64,000 nucleotides of DNA from an uncultured virus (IMG/VR IMGVR_UViG_3300030098_006004) (IMGVR_UViG_3300030098_006004), one strand, 5' to 3'. Counted from the first letter of the stretch, positions 1 to 9,673 are shown. The notes: a model not told the origin generated them from the sequence alone. Made by a program: numbers and translations.

Positions 1-275
1 TAAGGAGAATGTCTCCTTGCTTCAAGCTTGAAGGTTACGGAAGAATTTCCTACTTTTTCTACCTCACCATAAATTTTAATAATCTGCCCAGGTCGCACGG
101 GCTTGCGAAAAATAACTTCAGATATTTTAACAGTGACCATTCGTGGCGAACCACAAACTTCAGCAGCAAAAGCAGCACCAGCTTCATCTAGCCAAGAAAG
201 CATAACACCGCCAAATAAATTACCGTGAAACCCTACATTTTGAGTTTTACATACGTGCGTGGAGATTAATTGCAT
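1..275 (-). CDS. acyl-CoA thioesterase (hotdog fold, YciA-like), runs off the window edge
   Basis: Translated by hand (absent from ORF track): MQLISTHVCKTQNVGFHGNLFGGVMLSWLDEAG...F..PV..G; HGxxFGGxxxxWxDE hotdog motif. Confidence 0.8.
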   Translation of the reverse strand, partial: MQLISTHVCKTQNVGFHGNLFGGVMLSWLDEAGAAFAAEVCGSPRMVTVKISEVIFRKPVRPGQIIKIYGEVEKVGNSSVTFKLEARRHSP

Positions 276-277
276 TA

Positions 278-1831
278 TTAACTCGCATCGAACTTTTTGT
301 AGAATACCACAACGTCTACAATAGGTTCGGTGGTAATGTTCGTATCCGAATAAACCAGTTTAATATCGGCGGTAGATGAGTTAAGCATGGTTGCCCTCCC
401 CGCTGGAAAACTTTGGTCGGTATTTCCTAAAACATATTGAGTACCCGCAGCAATTCCTTGAGATGGATTAGAAACAAGACTCAAGCTCGGAAAGCTGCTT
501 CCTTTTATATTAAAAGTAACACCTCCAATAGTAAGAGCAACATTTTCTAATGACTGAACATCTCCTACAGCAGGAGTTTTAATTGTTATTAAAACATCTG
601 TAATCATGGATCTTGCGGGCAAATCTAATGTTGTATCTAGAGGAGAGCCCCCGTCTGTGAGAGTTAAACTTTCTTTTACAAGCTGTCCATAAGTGACCCC
701 ATAGGCAGTGGTATTTTCCATTTTAAATATATCACCAGGAGCTTCTTTTATGTGCAGCCGCGCGTCGGCTGCTTGCACTGCATCTCCAATAGCTATCCTA
801 CCACCTGTTGCGATAGAAAATCTAGATGAAACATCTGATCCATCTGCCGTAGCGATTTGAAAAGTTCTCAAAGAAGTATGAGTTTCAGAATTTAAAGAGA
901 GAATAAATGGCTGATTAGTGTAAGAGCCTGTATAACTTAAGTCGGCAGTCCCTTCTAATCCCATCAAAAATTGATAAGCACCGTCTGTTGAGGTTTCCTG
1001 CGACATATAAAAACTAGGATTTTGATCTTCTCCTCCAGAATTGTCAGTATCTGCGACCAAGCCAAGTGTAACATCTTGTGTACCCTCTACAATTAAACTG
1101 GTGTCCCCTGAGCTGTTCACATGCAAGTTGGCTCCCGGCGAGGTAGTCCCAATACCCACATTTCCATCTTGTTCTATTACCATCCTTGTGTCGCTGTTGG
1201 TTTTGAATGAGAGGTCATCATCCCCGTAGTTATTAAAAATAATCCACTTTCTCGTGCCGTTTTCGTAAAATTCAAGACCGGGATGACTGTCGGTGTCTCC
1301 GTCAATTTTAATTCTAGGATCATTTCCAACAACTTTAACATCACCATCAACATGCAACTCACAATCAGGAGTTCCTACACCGTTGATTCCCAGTCGGTTT
1401 GTGGAAGCATCAAACTTCATACCGGGATTTCCCTCGTTTGAGCCGTTACCCTTAACAACAAAATCAACATTATTGCTACCATCATTAATAGTAACCTCGT
1501 GTGGCTGCGAAGATTTTACCTCCGCAGTAACCATCGCTCTGTTTCCAGCTTTGAGGACTATTTTATCATTAGCAAAATTGATGAGCGTATCGGCATCTCC
1601 ATTGTGATAAATGTATTGATCGACACCAATATTTCCAGCAACATCTAATTCATAATCAGGAGCATCTGTTCCAATGCCAACTTTATCATTACCAGCATCA
1701 ACAAAAAGCATATGGGTATTATTGTCAGACTCTACAATAAAATCAACGTCTTTACTTTGATCATTAAAAGTTGCAGACCCTGTAACAACTATAGAGCCAG
1801 ATATTGTAGCATTGTCAGCATATCTACTCAT
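278..1831 (-). CDS. tail fibre-like protein with repeated G(N/K)VGIGT..P...L.V units
   Basis: KVGIGTDAPDYELDV, GNVGIGTTSPGANLHV and RIAIGD..ADARLHI repeats typical of phage fibre beta-repeat proteins. Confidence 0.65.
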   Translation of the reverse strand: MSRYADNATISGSIVVTGSATFNDQSKDVDFIVESDNNTHMLFVDAGNDKVGIGTDAPDYELDVAGNIGVDQYIYHNGDADTLINFANDKIVLKAGNRAMVTAEVKSSQPHEVTINDGSNNVDFVVKGNGSNEGNPGMKFDASTNRLGINGVGTPDCELHVDGDVKVVGNDPRIKIDGDTDSHPGLEFYENGTRKWIIFNNYGDDDLSFKTNSDTRMVIEQDGNVGIGTTSPGANLHVNSSGDTSLIVEGTQDVTLGLVADTDNSGGEDQNPSFYMSQETSTDGAYQFLMGLEGTADLSYTGSYTNQPFILSLNSETHTSLRTFQIATADGSDVSSRFSIATGGRIAIGDAVQAADARLHIKEAPGDIFKMENTTAYGVTYGQLVKESLTLTDGGSPLDTTLDLPARSMITDVLITIKTPAVGDVQSLENVALTIGGVTFNIKGSSFPSLSLVSNPSQGIAAGTQYVLGNTDQSFPAGRATMLNSSTADIKLVYSDTNITTEPIVDVVVFYKKFDAS

Positions 1832-1834
1832 GGC

Positions 1835-2491
1835 TTACCTTACGTGATCAAATTTTCTGTAGTGTACTGCCACATCCATAATAGCAGCAGTTGAAATATT
1901 AGCAGCAGAAAAATTTAATTTAATATCGGAGGGACCTGCTGTTGGAAGTAATCCAACGCCACCAGCCGGATAATTAGGCTGAATATTATTAAAATAATAT
2001 ACTGTACCCGATACAATTGAAGAACCATTCCCAATTAAACTAAACTCAGTAAAGCTAGCGCTGAATAACGTGGTTGCAGCCAGTCCATTATCTAAAGTTA
2101 TATTAGTAATGTTATAATTAGTACCAGACGACACTCCTCCTACAGTAGTAAGTTTTAAAATTACAGTGTCAACAACACTGCCTGCGGGGAGATTTAAAGT
2201 GGTATCCATGGGGTTAGCTCCGGCTCCTACTGTCAAATCGGTTTTGACAAGTTGTCCATAAGTTACTCCATAGGCTGTTGTATTATCAACTTTAAGAACA
2301 TCTCCAGCTGCGCTTTGAACATGTAAAGTAACGTCAGGAGTTCCAGTCCCTACGCCTACTCTATTATTACCGCCATCAACAAACAACATGTTTTGGTTGC
2401 CATCTGACTCTATTCTTACGTCTTTATCTGCACTACTTTCGTTTACAGTCAACGACCCATCGATATCTGCGTTATCTCCGTATTCACTCAT
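1835..2491 (-). CDS. shorter paralog of the adjacent tail fibre-like protein
   Basis: Shares N-terminal ESD.N..MLFVD.GN..VG.GT and the identical NTTAYGVTYGQLVK block with 278..1831. Confidence 0.65.
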   Translation of the reverse strand: MSEYGDNADIDGSLTVNESSADKDVRIESDGNQNMLFVDGGNNRVGVGTGTPDVTLHVQSAAGDVLKVDNTTAYGVTYGQLVKTDLTVGAGANPMDTTLNLPAGSVVDTVILKLTTVGGVSSGTNYNITNITLDNGLAATTLFSASFTEFSLIGNGSSIVSGTVYYFNNIQPNYPAGGVGLLPTAGPSDIKLNFSAANISTAAIMDVAVHYRKFDHVR

Positions 2492-3668
2492 TTGCTTGTT
2501 TTCCTTTTGGATTTAATACTTCTCTTATCCCTTTGAGATCTTTTACGATATCTAGTACTCCTTGCTTCGTTGTCCCTGGTCCAAAATCACCATCTAGTCC
2601 AGCTTTTACTTCAGGTAATTCATCATCAATAAATTGAAGAATTGTATTTATATTGGTTTTAAGATCAAGGTCGGGATCAAACTCGTCCCATACAATATCA
2701 TATAGTTCATCCCCCACAGCTCGATTTTTGCTCCGCGCTTTTGCATCTGCTGCTTCACGCTCCTTTTCAGCTTTTTTAGCCGCATCCTGGGCTTTTAGCC
2801 TTTCTCGACGTCTAAGGAGTGCCTGGTGCGTTGGATCGTCAACGTCATAATAACCTCTGCCTCTGTCATACTGACTTTCTAAGAAAACTCGCGCTTCTTC
2901 TTTAATAATTTCCATTAAGCGGGTTTTGGTTAGTTTGATTTTTTGTTTACTTTCATTGCGAGGCGCTGGCTTGCCGCGCTTGGCACCCATTCTGACCCAA
3001 GCGTCATCATAATCTTTCATCCTATCTACAAAATCACGCACGGTTTCTCCCTCGATATCGTCTGGTTCCCATATAGCAAGCGTATTGCCTGAATCACTTC
3101 TGTCATACTCATCGGGGTGATAAACTCCTACATCAAATAGCGCTTGTTGAATTTCATCATCGCTCTTCTTGCCGGTCCTTCCCAATGAAAGACTAGCTCT
3201 TTTACCATCGTTGGATAATTTAATATATTTTAACGGTACAAGCCGAGCTGCGTCCAAGGATTGAAAGGCTTTACGTCCCGCATCGGAGACGTTGACCGTG
3301 CCTCCAAGACTCCGTATCCCCTTCTGAATCACTTTATCGGGATCCTTCGGATTGACGTATTCGTCATTAGAATTAAACATCGTGTTTCCAAGAATATGAA
3401 AAACATCGCCGTCGATTACCACTTGAGAAAATTTAATATTGTGTACCATATTTCTAATAAATTCTTCTCTTTGTGAGTCGTCCATACCAGCCTTAGTATA
3501 AGCTTTAGTTGACAAAAAATTCCTTACTATTTCTTCTTCGTCTTCAACCTCATAGCGCTCCCAACGATTCTGCGTCTCGGAACGCCTCGGGGCTCCACGG
3601 TAGAACACCTGGGACTCGTCTATTTCTTCTTTAATGATTTTCATTAATCGTGTCTTACTTAGTTTCAT
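2484..3668 (-). CDS. hypothetical late protein with two copies of a KL(S/T)KTRLMxIIKEE leader
   Basis: Leader at N-terminus and again internally (KIKLTKTRLMEIIKEE); ACTACTTA motif upstream at 3690-3697. Confidence 0.7.
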   Translation of the reverse strand: MKLSKTRLMKIIKEEIDESQVFYRGAPRRSETQNRWERYEVEDEEEIVRNFLSTKAYTKAGMDDSQREEFIRNMVHNIKFSQVVIDGDVFHILGNTMFNSNDEYVNPKDPDKVIQKGIRSLGGTVNVSDAGRKAFQSLDAARLVPLKYIKLSNDGKRASLSLGRTGKKSDDEIQQALFDVGVYHPDEYDRSDSGNTLAIWEPDDIEGETVRDFVDRMKDYDDAWVRMGAKRGKPAPRNESKQKIKLTKTRLMEIIKEEARVFLESQYDRGRGYYDVDDPTHQALLRRRERLKAQDAAKKAEKEREAADAKARSKNRAVGDELYDIVWDEFDPDLDLKTNINTILQFIDDELPEVKAGLDGDFGPGTTKQGVLDIVKDLKGIREVLNPKGKQANE

Positions 3669-3714
3669 TCTAAATCCTCGTGACTACAATAAGTAGTCAT
3701 TATTATAGCATAAG

Positions 3715-4047
3715 TTAATCTAATTTTTTAGTTCCGCCTTTACCTTGAACCACTTCAATATTGTCGGAATCACAGAAGTCAATAAAATCTTCTATAGGTC
3801 TCTCATACAAACCATTTGGCTTTAACTTATAAGAAGGATGAGGTGGCATATCTACTTTGCGAATAGCAGGCTTACTTCTTAAATCAGTCTCTAGTCTAAA
3901 CCCAAGTTCAACGTTTTCCGATTCAATACGCTCTAAAGCAATCTCGTCACCATCCTCAAGCAATCCCATCGTATCTTCGATAAATGCTACATCTTGTTCA
4001 GTCTCAGGGATGAGCTTGATTGTGTACCTATCGAATTCGATTTTCAT
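3715..4047 (-). CDS. hypothetical protein (probable start MKIEFD)
   Basis: ORF track; ATGA overlap with upstream gene. Confidence 0.55.
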   Translation of the reverse strand: MKIEFDRYTIKLIPETEQDVAFIEDTMGLLEDGDEIALERIESENVELGFRLETDLRSKPAIRKVDMPPHPSYKLKPNGLYERPIEDFIDFCDSDNIEVVQGKGGTKKLD

Positions 4048-4568
4048 TTTTTCTTCTTTCCTTTGGTTTTCGTTTTTGTTTTTGGCGTTAAGGTAATTTC
4101 CCAATCGATTTTGGTTTCCTCTTTGCCTGTTGTTTTGCTTTTGATAGTAATCTTAACAAAACGGACCACAAGTCTCTTGCCGACATCAATCCACTTGTTC
4201 GCCTCTCTTGCTCTTTCTTTGTCTGTTATTTTGGGATTAGAAAAGAAATTATTGATATCTCCCACCACAGCACGAAACAAACGAGACAGATCGTCAGGCG
4301 ATGTAGAAAGATCGTGCTTTTTCTTATCAACCAACTTCTTTGTAGCCCAAACAAGCATTTCAGCACACTTTGCTTTCATACCATCCGAAAAATTACCTTT
4401 GATGACAGCTTCATAAATAAAACCTTTCATAAGGTCAAAGTGGTGTTGTTGCATTTCGGCACCACCGAGAACAATTTTGGCTTGAGCGGATTTCTCAAAT
4501 CCAAAAATTTTTTCACCTCCTCCCAGAGCGAACATTCCGACCAACATGGCAATAATTAACTTTTTCAC
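4044..4568 (-). CDS. secreted/membrane hypothetical protein with basic tail
   Basis: Signal-peptide-like N-terminus MKKLIIAMLVGMFALG; GAGG RBS. Confidence 0.6.
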   Translation of the reverse strand: MKKLIIAMLVGMFALGGGEKIFGFEKSAQAKIVLGGAEMQQHHFDLMKGFIYEAVIKGNFSDGMKAKCAEMLVWATKKLVDKKKHDLSTSPDDLSRLFRAVVGDINNFFSNPKITDKERAREANKWIDVGKRLVVRFVKITIKSKTTGKEETKIDWEITLTPKTKTKTKGKKKK

Positions 4569-4781
4569 TTTACTTTACCTCTCTAATGAATTAAAATGAA
4601 ATGGTTCGCGATTTCCGCGAATCCAAAAATTTTTATACTATCCTCATATACCCTCGTATTAGGCTCTCTAACAGATCTTTTGTTATAACTCATACCTTCC
4701 TATGATTTTACTTGTAAAATGCCTTAAACGTGCTTATAATAACTATAGTCTATAAAAATAACTAGTAACAAAGGAGCAAAG

Positions 4782-5204
4782 ATGCTAAAGTCCATTATAT
4801 ACATTTGTTTAAGTGCCGGTGCATTATCATTAAGCGGTTGTATACCCGTTCATCCCGGCGCTTATATCTCAGCAGAGCCTTTACATCACTCAAACGTGGT
4901 TTATACGGCACCGAAAACTCGTACCGAGGTAATCCCAACTTTCCCAAACGGATACCATCGATACGACCCCACTTATCTTACTCCCGGTGAATACTCCAAT
5001 TATTATTGGAAATTTTACAATGGATATTGGTATCGCCATCTTAGAGTAAAACCTTCTTATCAGGTTTATACGCCCCATCGCCATCGTTATTATCCCAGAC
5101 GATATCGACCGAATCGACACCGCGTGGTGATTAAGCCTAAACCTAAAGTTAAGATTGTTGTCAAAAAGAAAAAGAAAGGTAAGAAGAAATGGCGAAAAAA
5201 ATAA
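4782..5204 (+). CDS. putative lipoprotein with Arg/Lys-rich C-terminus
   Basis: AAGGAG RBS; lipobox LSGC. Confidence 0.6.
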   Translation: MLKSIIYICLSAGALSLSGCIPVHPGAYISAEPLHHSNVVYTAPKTRTEVIPTFPNGYHRYDPTYLTPGEYSNYYWKFYNGYWYRHLRVKPSYQVYTPHRHRYYPRRYRPNRHRVVIKPKPKVKIVVKKKKKGKKKWRKK

Positions 5205-5566
5205 TTGCATTATTGGCTTTTGCCCTTATAGGGTGCAACAAGCCGGTTAAAGTATATGAATGCAAACCAGGTGATTCTCGTCTATGCAAATGCCTTAATG
5301 GCGAACTTGGCGCTCAAGAATGCTCCAAAGGTCCAGTATTCACCAATTGGACACCTCGCGAATGGATACCATGTACGTGTTGTTGGACAGTCTATGAAAA
5401 CGACATGGGTCCTTATAAGATAGAAAAAAATGACGCATCGGGCTGCTGGAGCGATACATATGATCCTGCCACCCCTACTTATGATATAGGGGACACTACG
5501 GATGCAAATAGGGGATCTAGTGATAGTGAAGCAAGACCGCCTCGGGATAATAGTAAAGATTATTGA
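5189..5566 (+). CDS. putative Cys-rich lipoprotein
   Basis: Lipobox LIGC; CKPGDSRLCKCLNGELGAQEC repeat-like unit. Confidence 0.6.
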   Translation: MAKKIIALLAFALIGCNKPVKVYECKPGDSRLCKCLNGELGAQECSKGPVFTNWTPREWIPCTCCWTVYENDMGPYKIEKNDASGCWSDTYDPATPTYDIGDTTDANRGSSDSEARPPRDNSKDY

Positions 5567-5678
5567 CGATGCTCGCTTCAAAGAAGGTGTCTTGCATTTA
5601 AAAGTGTACATGTTTGAATACAATAATTCAGCTTGGTTCAACGCTCCCTCTTTAACCGTTCTCTCCCCCTCACCATGA
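5502..5678 (+). CDS. small SH3/KOW-like 'GDLV' family protein (58 aa)
   Basis: Hand translation MQIGDLVIVKQDRLGIIVKII...LTVLSPSP; its TGA overlaps the next ATG. Confidence 0.65.
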   Translation: MQIGDLVIVKQDRLGIIVKIIDDARFKEGVLHLKVYMFEYNNSAWFNAPSLTVLSPSP

Positions 5679-5872
5679 AAATAGGCGACCTTGTTCAAAT
5701 AGATATCGACCCTAACACTTCTTACAGTGAGCCGATAAGCCCATGTCAACGAGGCATTATAATAGGAATTAATCCTTGCGAGTATATGCCTTCTTATAAG
5801 GTCTACAGATTAATTAACGGCTCTACTGTATGGATGTATGATATAAACGTGCGGCTTCTTAATCCAGCTTAA
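5675..5872 (+). CDS. small SH3/KOW-like 'GDLV' family protein
   Basis: MKIGDLVQI...RGIIIGI; start at ATG 5675. Confidence 0.65.
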   Translation: MKIGDLVQIDIDPNTSYSEPISPCQRGIIIGINPCEYMPSYKVYRLINGSTVWMYDINVRLLNPA

Positions 5873-5884
5873 CCTACTTACCAT

Positions 5885-6085
5885 ATGGGAATAGGTGACT
5901 TAGTTTGCTGGAGAAGGATCGCTAACAAATCCGATTACTACGACGTTGGTATAGTCATAGGGATGGAAAGCAATGAATCTCCGTATGCCCTATACAACAT
6001 TATGATTGAAGTTTATTTTATGCGTATAGGGCACCTCTGGTGTGCGCCTGATTACCTAGAGGTCGTTAGCAAGTATAAAGGCTAA
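5885..6085 (+). CDS. small SH3/KOW-like 'GDLV' family protein
   Basis: MGIGDLVCW...VGIVIG...LEVVS. Confidence 0.65.
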   Translation: MGIGDLVCWRRIANKSDYYDVGIVIGMESNESPYALYNIMIEVYFMRIGHLWCAPDYLEVVSKYKG

Positions 6086-6588
6086 GATGTAATCCACAAA
6101 TCAACTAGAGCGTGACCTGAGTCATGGAAGCTGGTATATTCATCATCTACTATTGCTTTCTTTGCATAAGTGTCTTTCCACGTAAAGCTGGGATATATCT
6201 TCCACCTGCCTTTTATCGTGGACCTTACACGCCCTAAGCTATCTCCTCCAACTATAACCTCGTACTCATCGCCTTTGCTTATGGTTTTCCAACTAATTCT
6301 TTTTGCTTCTTGAGTCCTGCGAGTTATTCTTTCCTTCTTGAGCTTCTCAAGTTCTTCTCGCATTTTCTTTGCTTTATCATCTGGTTTATAATCCCAATCG
6401 ATCGGTATTTGCCATTTATGTTTCTTTTTAGCCGTTGGCAATTTAGCTGGTAGATTACTGGAAGTTCCTTTAGTAGTCGGGGCACTCCACGGGTCGCTAG
6501 CTGCTTGATAATCCTGGAAAGCCTCTTCAACCCAAGCATCCCAATCTTCTACTTCATCGTACTCGTCATAGCCATTTCCACCGTTCAT
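6082..6588 (-). CDS. hypothetical protein (probable start MNGGNG)
   Basis: ORF track; AGGAG RBS before ATG at 6588. Confidence 0.55.
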   Translation of the reverse strand: MNGGNGYDEYDEVEDWDAWVEEAFQDYQAASDPWSAPTTKGTSSNLPAKLPTAKKKHKWQIPIDWDYKPDDKAKKMREELEKLKKERITRRTQEAKRISWKTISKGDEYEVIVGGDSLGRVRSTIKGRWKIYPSFTWKDTYAKKAIVDDEYTSFHDSGHALVDLWITS

Positions 6589-6793
6589 CTTCAAACTCCT
6601 GTAAATTTTTTTGGGCGATTTTTTCACCCCATCATTATAGCACAAAGCCCTAACCACTGTAAATAGTAGAAAGGGCTAAATCTCCAAATTTGGCTTTTCC
6701 GTTGAGAGTGCGAGTGTATCTGCCCGCCTAACCCCCCGTAATCACTAGGGATACTTTCCGGGTTCCCGGAGGGGGAGGGGGGGGTGTGCACCC

Positions 6794-7582
6794 CTAGCCT
6801 AGTGTGCTGCGTGCTGCGGTTTGCAGCTTGTTAAAGATAGCTTTCTCGATTTGACGTACACGCTCCATAGAAACCCCAATGATTTCGGATAGTTCCTTGA
6901 GTCCTTTAGGTTCCTCGGCTAGCATGCGCTCATGGTAAATCATTTGCTCACGCTCGCTAAGGGTAGTAGGAAAGGACGTAAAGAAAGCCGCCTGTGCAGC
7001 TTGCTCCTCGAAGCTAATAAGCTCAGCCTCTGCGGTCATTCGGTTATCTGACTTGACCTCTGCTAGTGGGCGTCCTTCCTTTCCGATAGGAGCGTTAAGG
7101 CTGCGCCCTTGTCGGTTCATGTATTGGAGAGCCTCGGTAACCTCGGCAACGTCAAGCCCAAGCTCGGAAGCGATAAGCTCGGCGTCTACGTGCTCGCCAT
7201 GCTTACGCATAACACGGGCAAGGGATTGGAACAAAGTGCGAACGGTACGACCGCCAACCTTAAACGCGCTGCTGTTCTTTTGCACGTACTCTTGAACCCG
7301 TGCCCTAATCCATTGCTGGGCGTAGGTGGTGAAGTTTGCACCGTGGTTCGGCTCGTACTTATTAGCGGCGTCAATGATGCCGATGGTTCCCTCGCTCACA
7401 AGGTCTTCCATGCTGCAACCCTGGCGCACGTAGGACTTGGCAATTTTCATGACAAGGCGCACGTTAGACTCAATGAGCGTAGCAAGAAGGGCTTTGTTGC
7501 CCGTGCGCTGGTACTCAAGAACGGTGTCAATTTGAGTCTTAGGGCTTGCGATGGTTGCGGTCTGAGCGAGAGTCAAAAGCAT
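6794..7582 (-). CDS. RNA polymerase sigma factor, sigma70 family, RpoH/sigma32-like
   Basis: Region 2 SNVRLVMKIAKSY...EDLVSEG.IG..DA..KYEP..GANFTTYA..WIRA; degenerate RpoH box (FKVGGRTVRTLFQSL); region 4 L.ELS..IGVSMERVRQIE. Confidence 0.9.
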   Translation of the reverse strand: MLLTLAQTATIASPKTQIDTVLEYQRTGNKALLATLIESNVRLVMKIAKSYVRQGCSMEDLVSEGTIGIIDAANKYEPNHGANFTTYAQQWIRARVQEYVQKNSSAFKVGGRTVRTLFQSLARVMRKHGEHVDAELIASELGLDVAEVTEALQYMNRQGRSLNAPIGKEGRPLAEVKSDNRMTAEAELISFEEQAAQAAFFTSFPTTLSEREQMIYHERMLAEEPKGLKELSEIIGVSMERVRQIEKAIFNKLQTAARSTLG

Positions 7583-7615
7583 GTCTTTGTCCTTTTCGGG
7601 TTGTTTCTCTTACCC

Positions 7616-7650
7616 CTTAAATATAAGAACCGTTTAGGGATAATCAAGGG
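7616..7650 (-). promoter_or_regulatory. RpoH-type early promoter upstream of the sigma factor
   Basis: Minus strand CCCTTGATTATCCCTAAACGGTTCTTATATTTAAG; member of the repeated family. Confidence 0.75.
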
Positions 7651-7683
7651 GTCAATGTCGTTTTTTTTACTTTTTTTTAACTT

Positions 7684-7926
7684 TTATTTTAAGTCGTCTC
7701 GCCAACTATTCGGCACGCTCTCATGATAATCCGGGAGCGGTTCATCTTTACGCAAAAGGCGGGCGGGGTAAACAACCGGCTCCGAGCGCTTGGCTTTGAA
7801 GCGCCACACGCCCTTAGACTCTCGGCGTAGGGGCTTGGCTTCGTTGCGCTTGGCAATTCCGAAAGCTCCGGTCATTCCGATGATGTAACCGGCAATAAAG
7901 CCGATGATGAAAAACCCGACAAACAT
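7684..7926 (-). CDS. small membrane protein
   Basis: Hydrophobic N-terminus; AGGAG RBS. Confidence 0.55.
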   Translation of the reverse strand: MFVGFFIIGFIAGYIIGMTGAFGIAKRNEAKPLRRESKGVWRFKAKRSEPVVYPARLLRKDEPLPDYHESVPNSWRDDLK

Positions 7927-8090
7927 TTCTATTGGCTCCTAGAGCAAGTTAAATTAAGTGCGCGTAATCATTACGCTTTTGAAAAGTGGGTATTTGGGGG
8001 TTGAGGGGGTTAGAATCCCGATATATACATTATAAACACGAGATAATTGCATTCAAGGGTTGAATGTAGGTCACGCGGTGACTAGATACA

Positions 8091-8141
8091 CCCACTCCCT
8101 ACCACTTCTTACCACTTTCTCACTATATTCTACCACTTCTC
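8091..8141. repeat. imperfect ~10-nt tandem repeats (ACCACTTYT) in a non-coding region
   Basis: cccactccct accacttctt accactttct cactatattct accacttctc. Confidence 0.55.
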
Positions 8142-8460
8142 GTATCATATTGAATATACAAGGCTTTTTACAAGCTCTCATACATACACACCCTAAAAGC
8201 CCTATTTCACCTTATCTCTAAGGGTCATTTAAGGCTCTTTGGGTAGAAGATTGTTAAAGGGTTTCTTCTCCTATAAAGACAATAGCCATAAGGGTTAGGG
8301 GCAAAGCAAAAGAAAGCAGATAAATCATTAGGGTTTCCATTTCTATATTACTCCTTCATCCCATGCAAGGTAAGCAACCGATGCGATAATAGGTGAGATT
8401 GAACCAAAGACAATTAAGAATGTTTCAAGGTATTGCATGTTTTTTTCCTTTCTCTGATAC

Positions 8461-8495
8461 CTTAAATATAAGAACGGTTTTACACTTTTCAAGGG
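8461..8495 (-). promoter_or_regulatory. repeated early promoter
   Basis: CCCTTGAAAAGTGTAAAACCGTTCTTATATTTAAG. Confidence 0.8.
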
Positions 8496-9123
8496 TTAAA
8501 AGTTTTTTTTTATTTATCCTCGCTGAGAATATCCCATAGGGCTTTGCTTAGGTCGGCTGCTTTCTTTTTGTCTTCTTTCTTTTTTGCTTCATCAATGCGC
8601 TTTACGTGCGCTAGGTATTGTTCTTCAGTCATCATTTTTTTCACTCCTGCTCGTCATCGAGGTCAAACTCTTTTGCATGTTCTTCAAGGATAGGGCGAAA
8701 GTCTTTTTTTAGAGACTCTAGGGTATCGGCTAATTTCTTTGCACGTTTGTCGTGCTTTGTTAGTTCCTGCGCCGCTTCTTCTGCGACCATCAAGAACCCG
8801 CCGAGCTTTAAAATTGAATCGGTCTTTGTCACTTTTTTTCCTTCAAGGGAATGCGATCGTTTTCTTTGTGCTTATCGTAATCAATATAGCAGCTTCGTTC
8901 TATAGCGTCCATAAGGGTTAGAGCTTCTACATATAAAGACTTGCCGCTTTCTTCGTCATAGATTAACCAATAGCCCATTTTTAGTTCCTTTTCTTAGGAG
9001 TAATAAAACGAAACATTTTTTTTATGTCCTCGGCTTTGCTGTCACTCATTATCAACCAAGATAAAAAGAAAGCAAAGGTTGTGGGGACAAAAGCAATAAA
9101 TAAAGCGTCACTTAATTCCATGG

Positions 9124-9312
9124 CTAGTAATCCTCCATATGGGAAGCATCAAACGCCTCGTGTTCCATCTCTTCCGTTTCGAAGGTTTCCATCGCTGCTT
9201 CCCTTAGAAGGGTTGTGCTTTCGTCATCATAACAAGCAACACCGTATCCTTCTAGGTACTGAACAATCTCTTCTCTTCCTGCTACTTCAATCTCTTCTAC
9301 TGAACCAAACAT
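9124..9312 (-). CDS. small acidic hypothetical protein
   Basis: Start MFGSVEE lies downstream of promoter 9344-9378, with AAGGAA RBS. Confidence 0.55.
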   Translation of the reverse strand: MFGSVEEIEVAGREEIVQYLEGYGVACYDDESTTLLREAAMETFETEEMEHEAFDASHMEDY

Positions 9313-9343
9313 ATTTTCTTTTCCTTTGTCGTTTCTCTTATGT

Positions 9344-9378
9344 CTTAAATATAAGAACCGTTTACGAGTTTTCAAGGG
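9344..9378 (-). promoter_or_regulatory. repeated early promoter
   Basis: CCCTTGAAAA-N-GGTTCTTATATTTAAG. Confidence 0.8.
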
Positions 9379-9413
9379 TTAAAGTTATTTTTTTTATGTC
9401 CTGCGCCTTTTTC

Positions 9414-9605
9414 TTAATAGGCGGCTTGGTCGCTCAATTCATTTACAAGGCAAGCCTTGACGAAAAGATTAGAGTTGAAGCGGGGGTTTGTCTCCGCAAG
9501 GGCAACCGCGAAGTCAACGGCAAGGCATTGACGGGCTTCGGGCTTTACCGTGGCGAGAGTGTTAGCAACAACGTCAGCGATTAGTTGGAAGTCTTTGCGA
9601 GTCAT
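9414..9605 (-). CDS. small early phage protein (MTRKDF..IA..../NPRF....F..AC type)
   Basis: Motif pattern common in small phage ORFs; own promoter and RBS. Confidence 0.6.
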   Translation of the reverse strand: MTRKDFQLIADVVANTLATVKPEARQCLAVDFAVALAETNPRFNSNLFVKACLVNELSDQAAY

Positions 9606-9638
9606 GAGATTGTCCTTTTGTTTGTTTATCTCTTATGG

Positions 9639-9673
9639 CTTAAATATAAGAACGGATTTTGACTTTTCAAGGG
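9639..9673 (-). promoter_or_regulatory. repeated early promoter
   Basis: CCCTTGAAAAG-N-CGTTCTTATATTTAAG. Confidence 0.8.

Noticed and set aside
278..2491. Diversity-generating retroelement acting on the tail fibre paralogs
   Set aside because: No reverse transcriptase in the window and no near-identical TR/VR pair with adenine-specific differences. The similarity is mainly at protein level.
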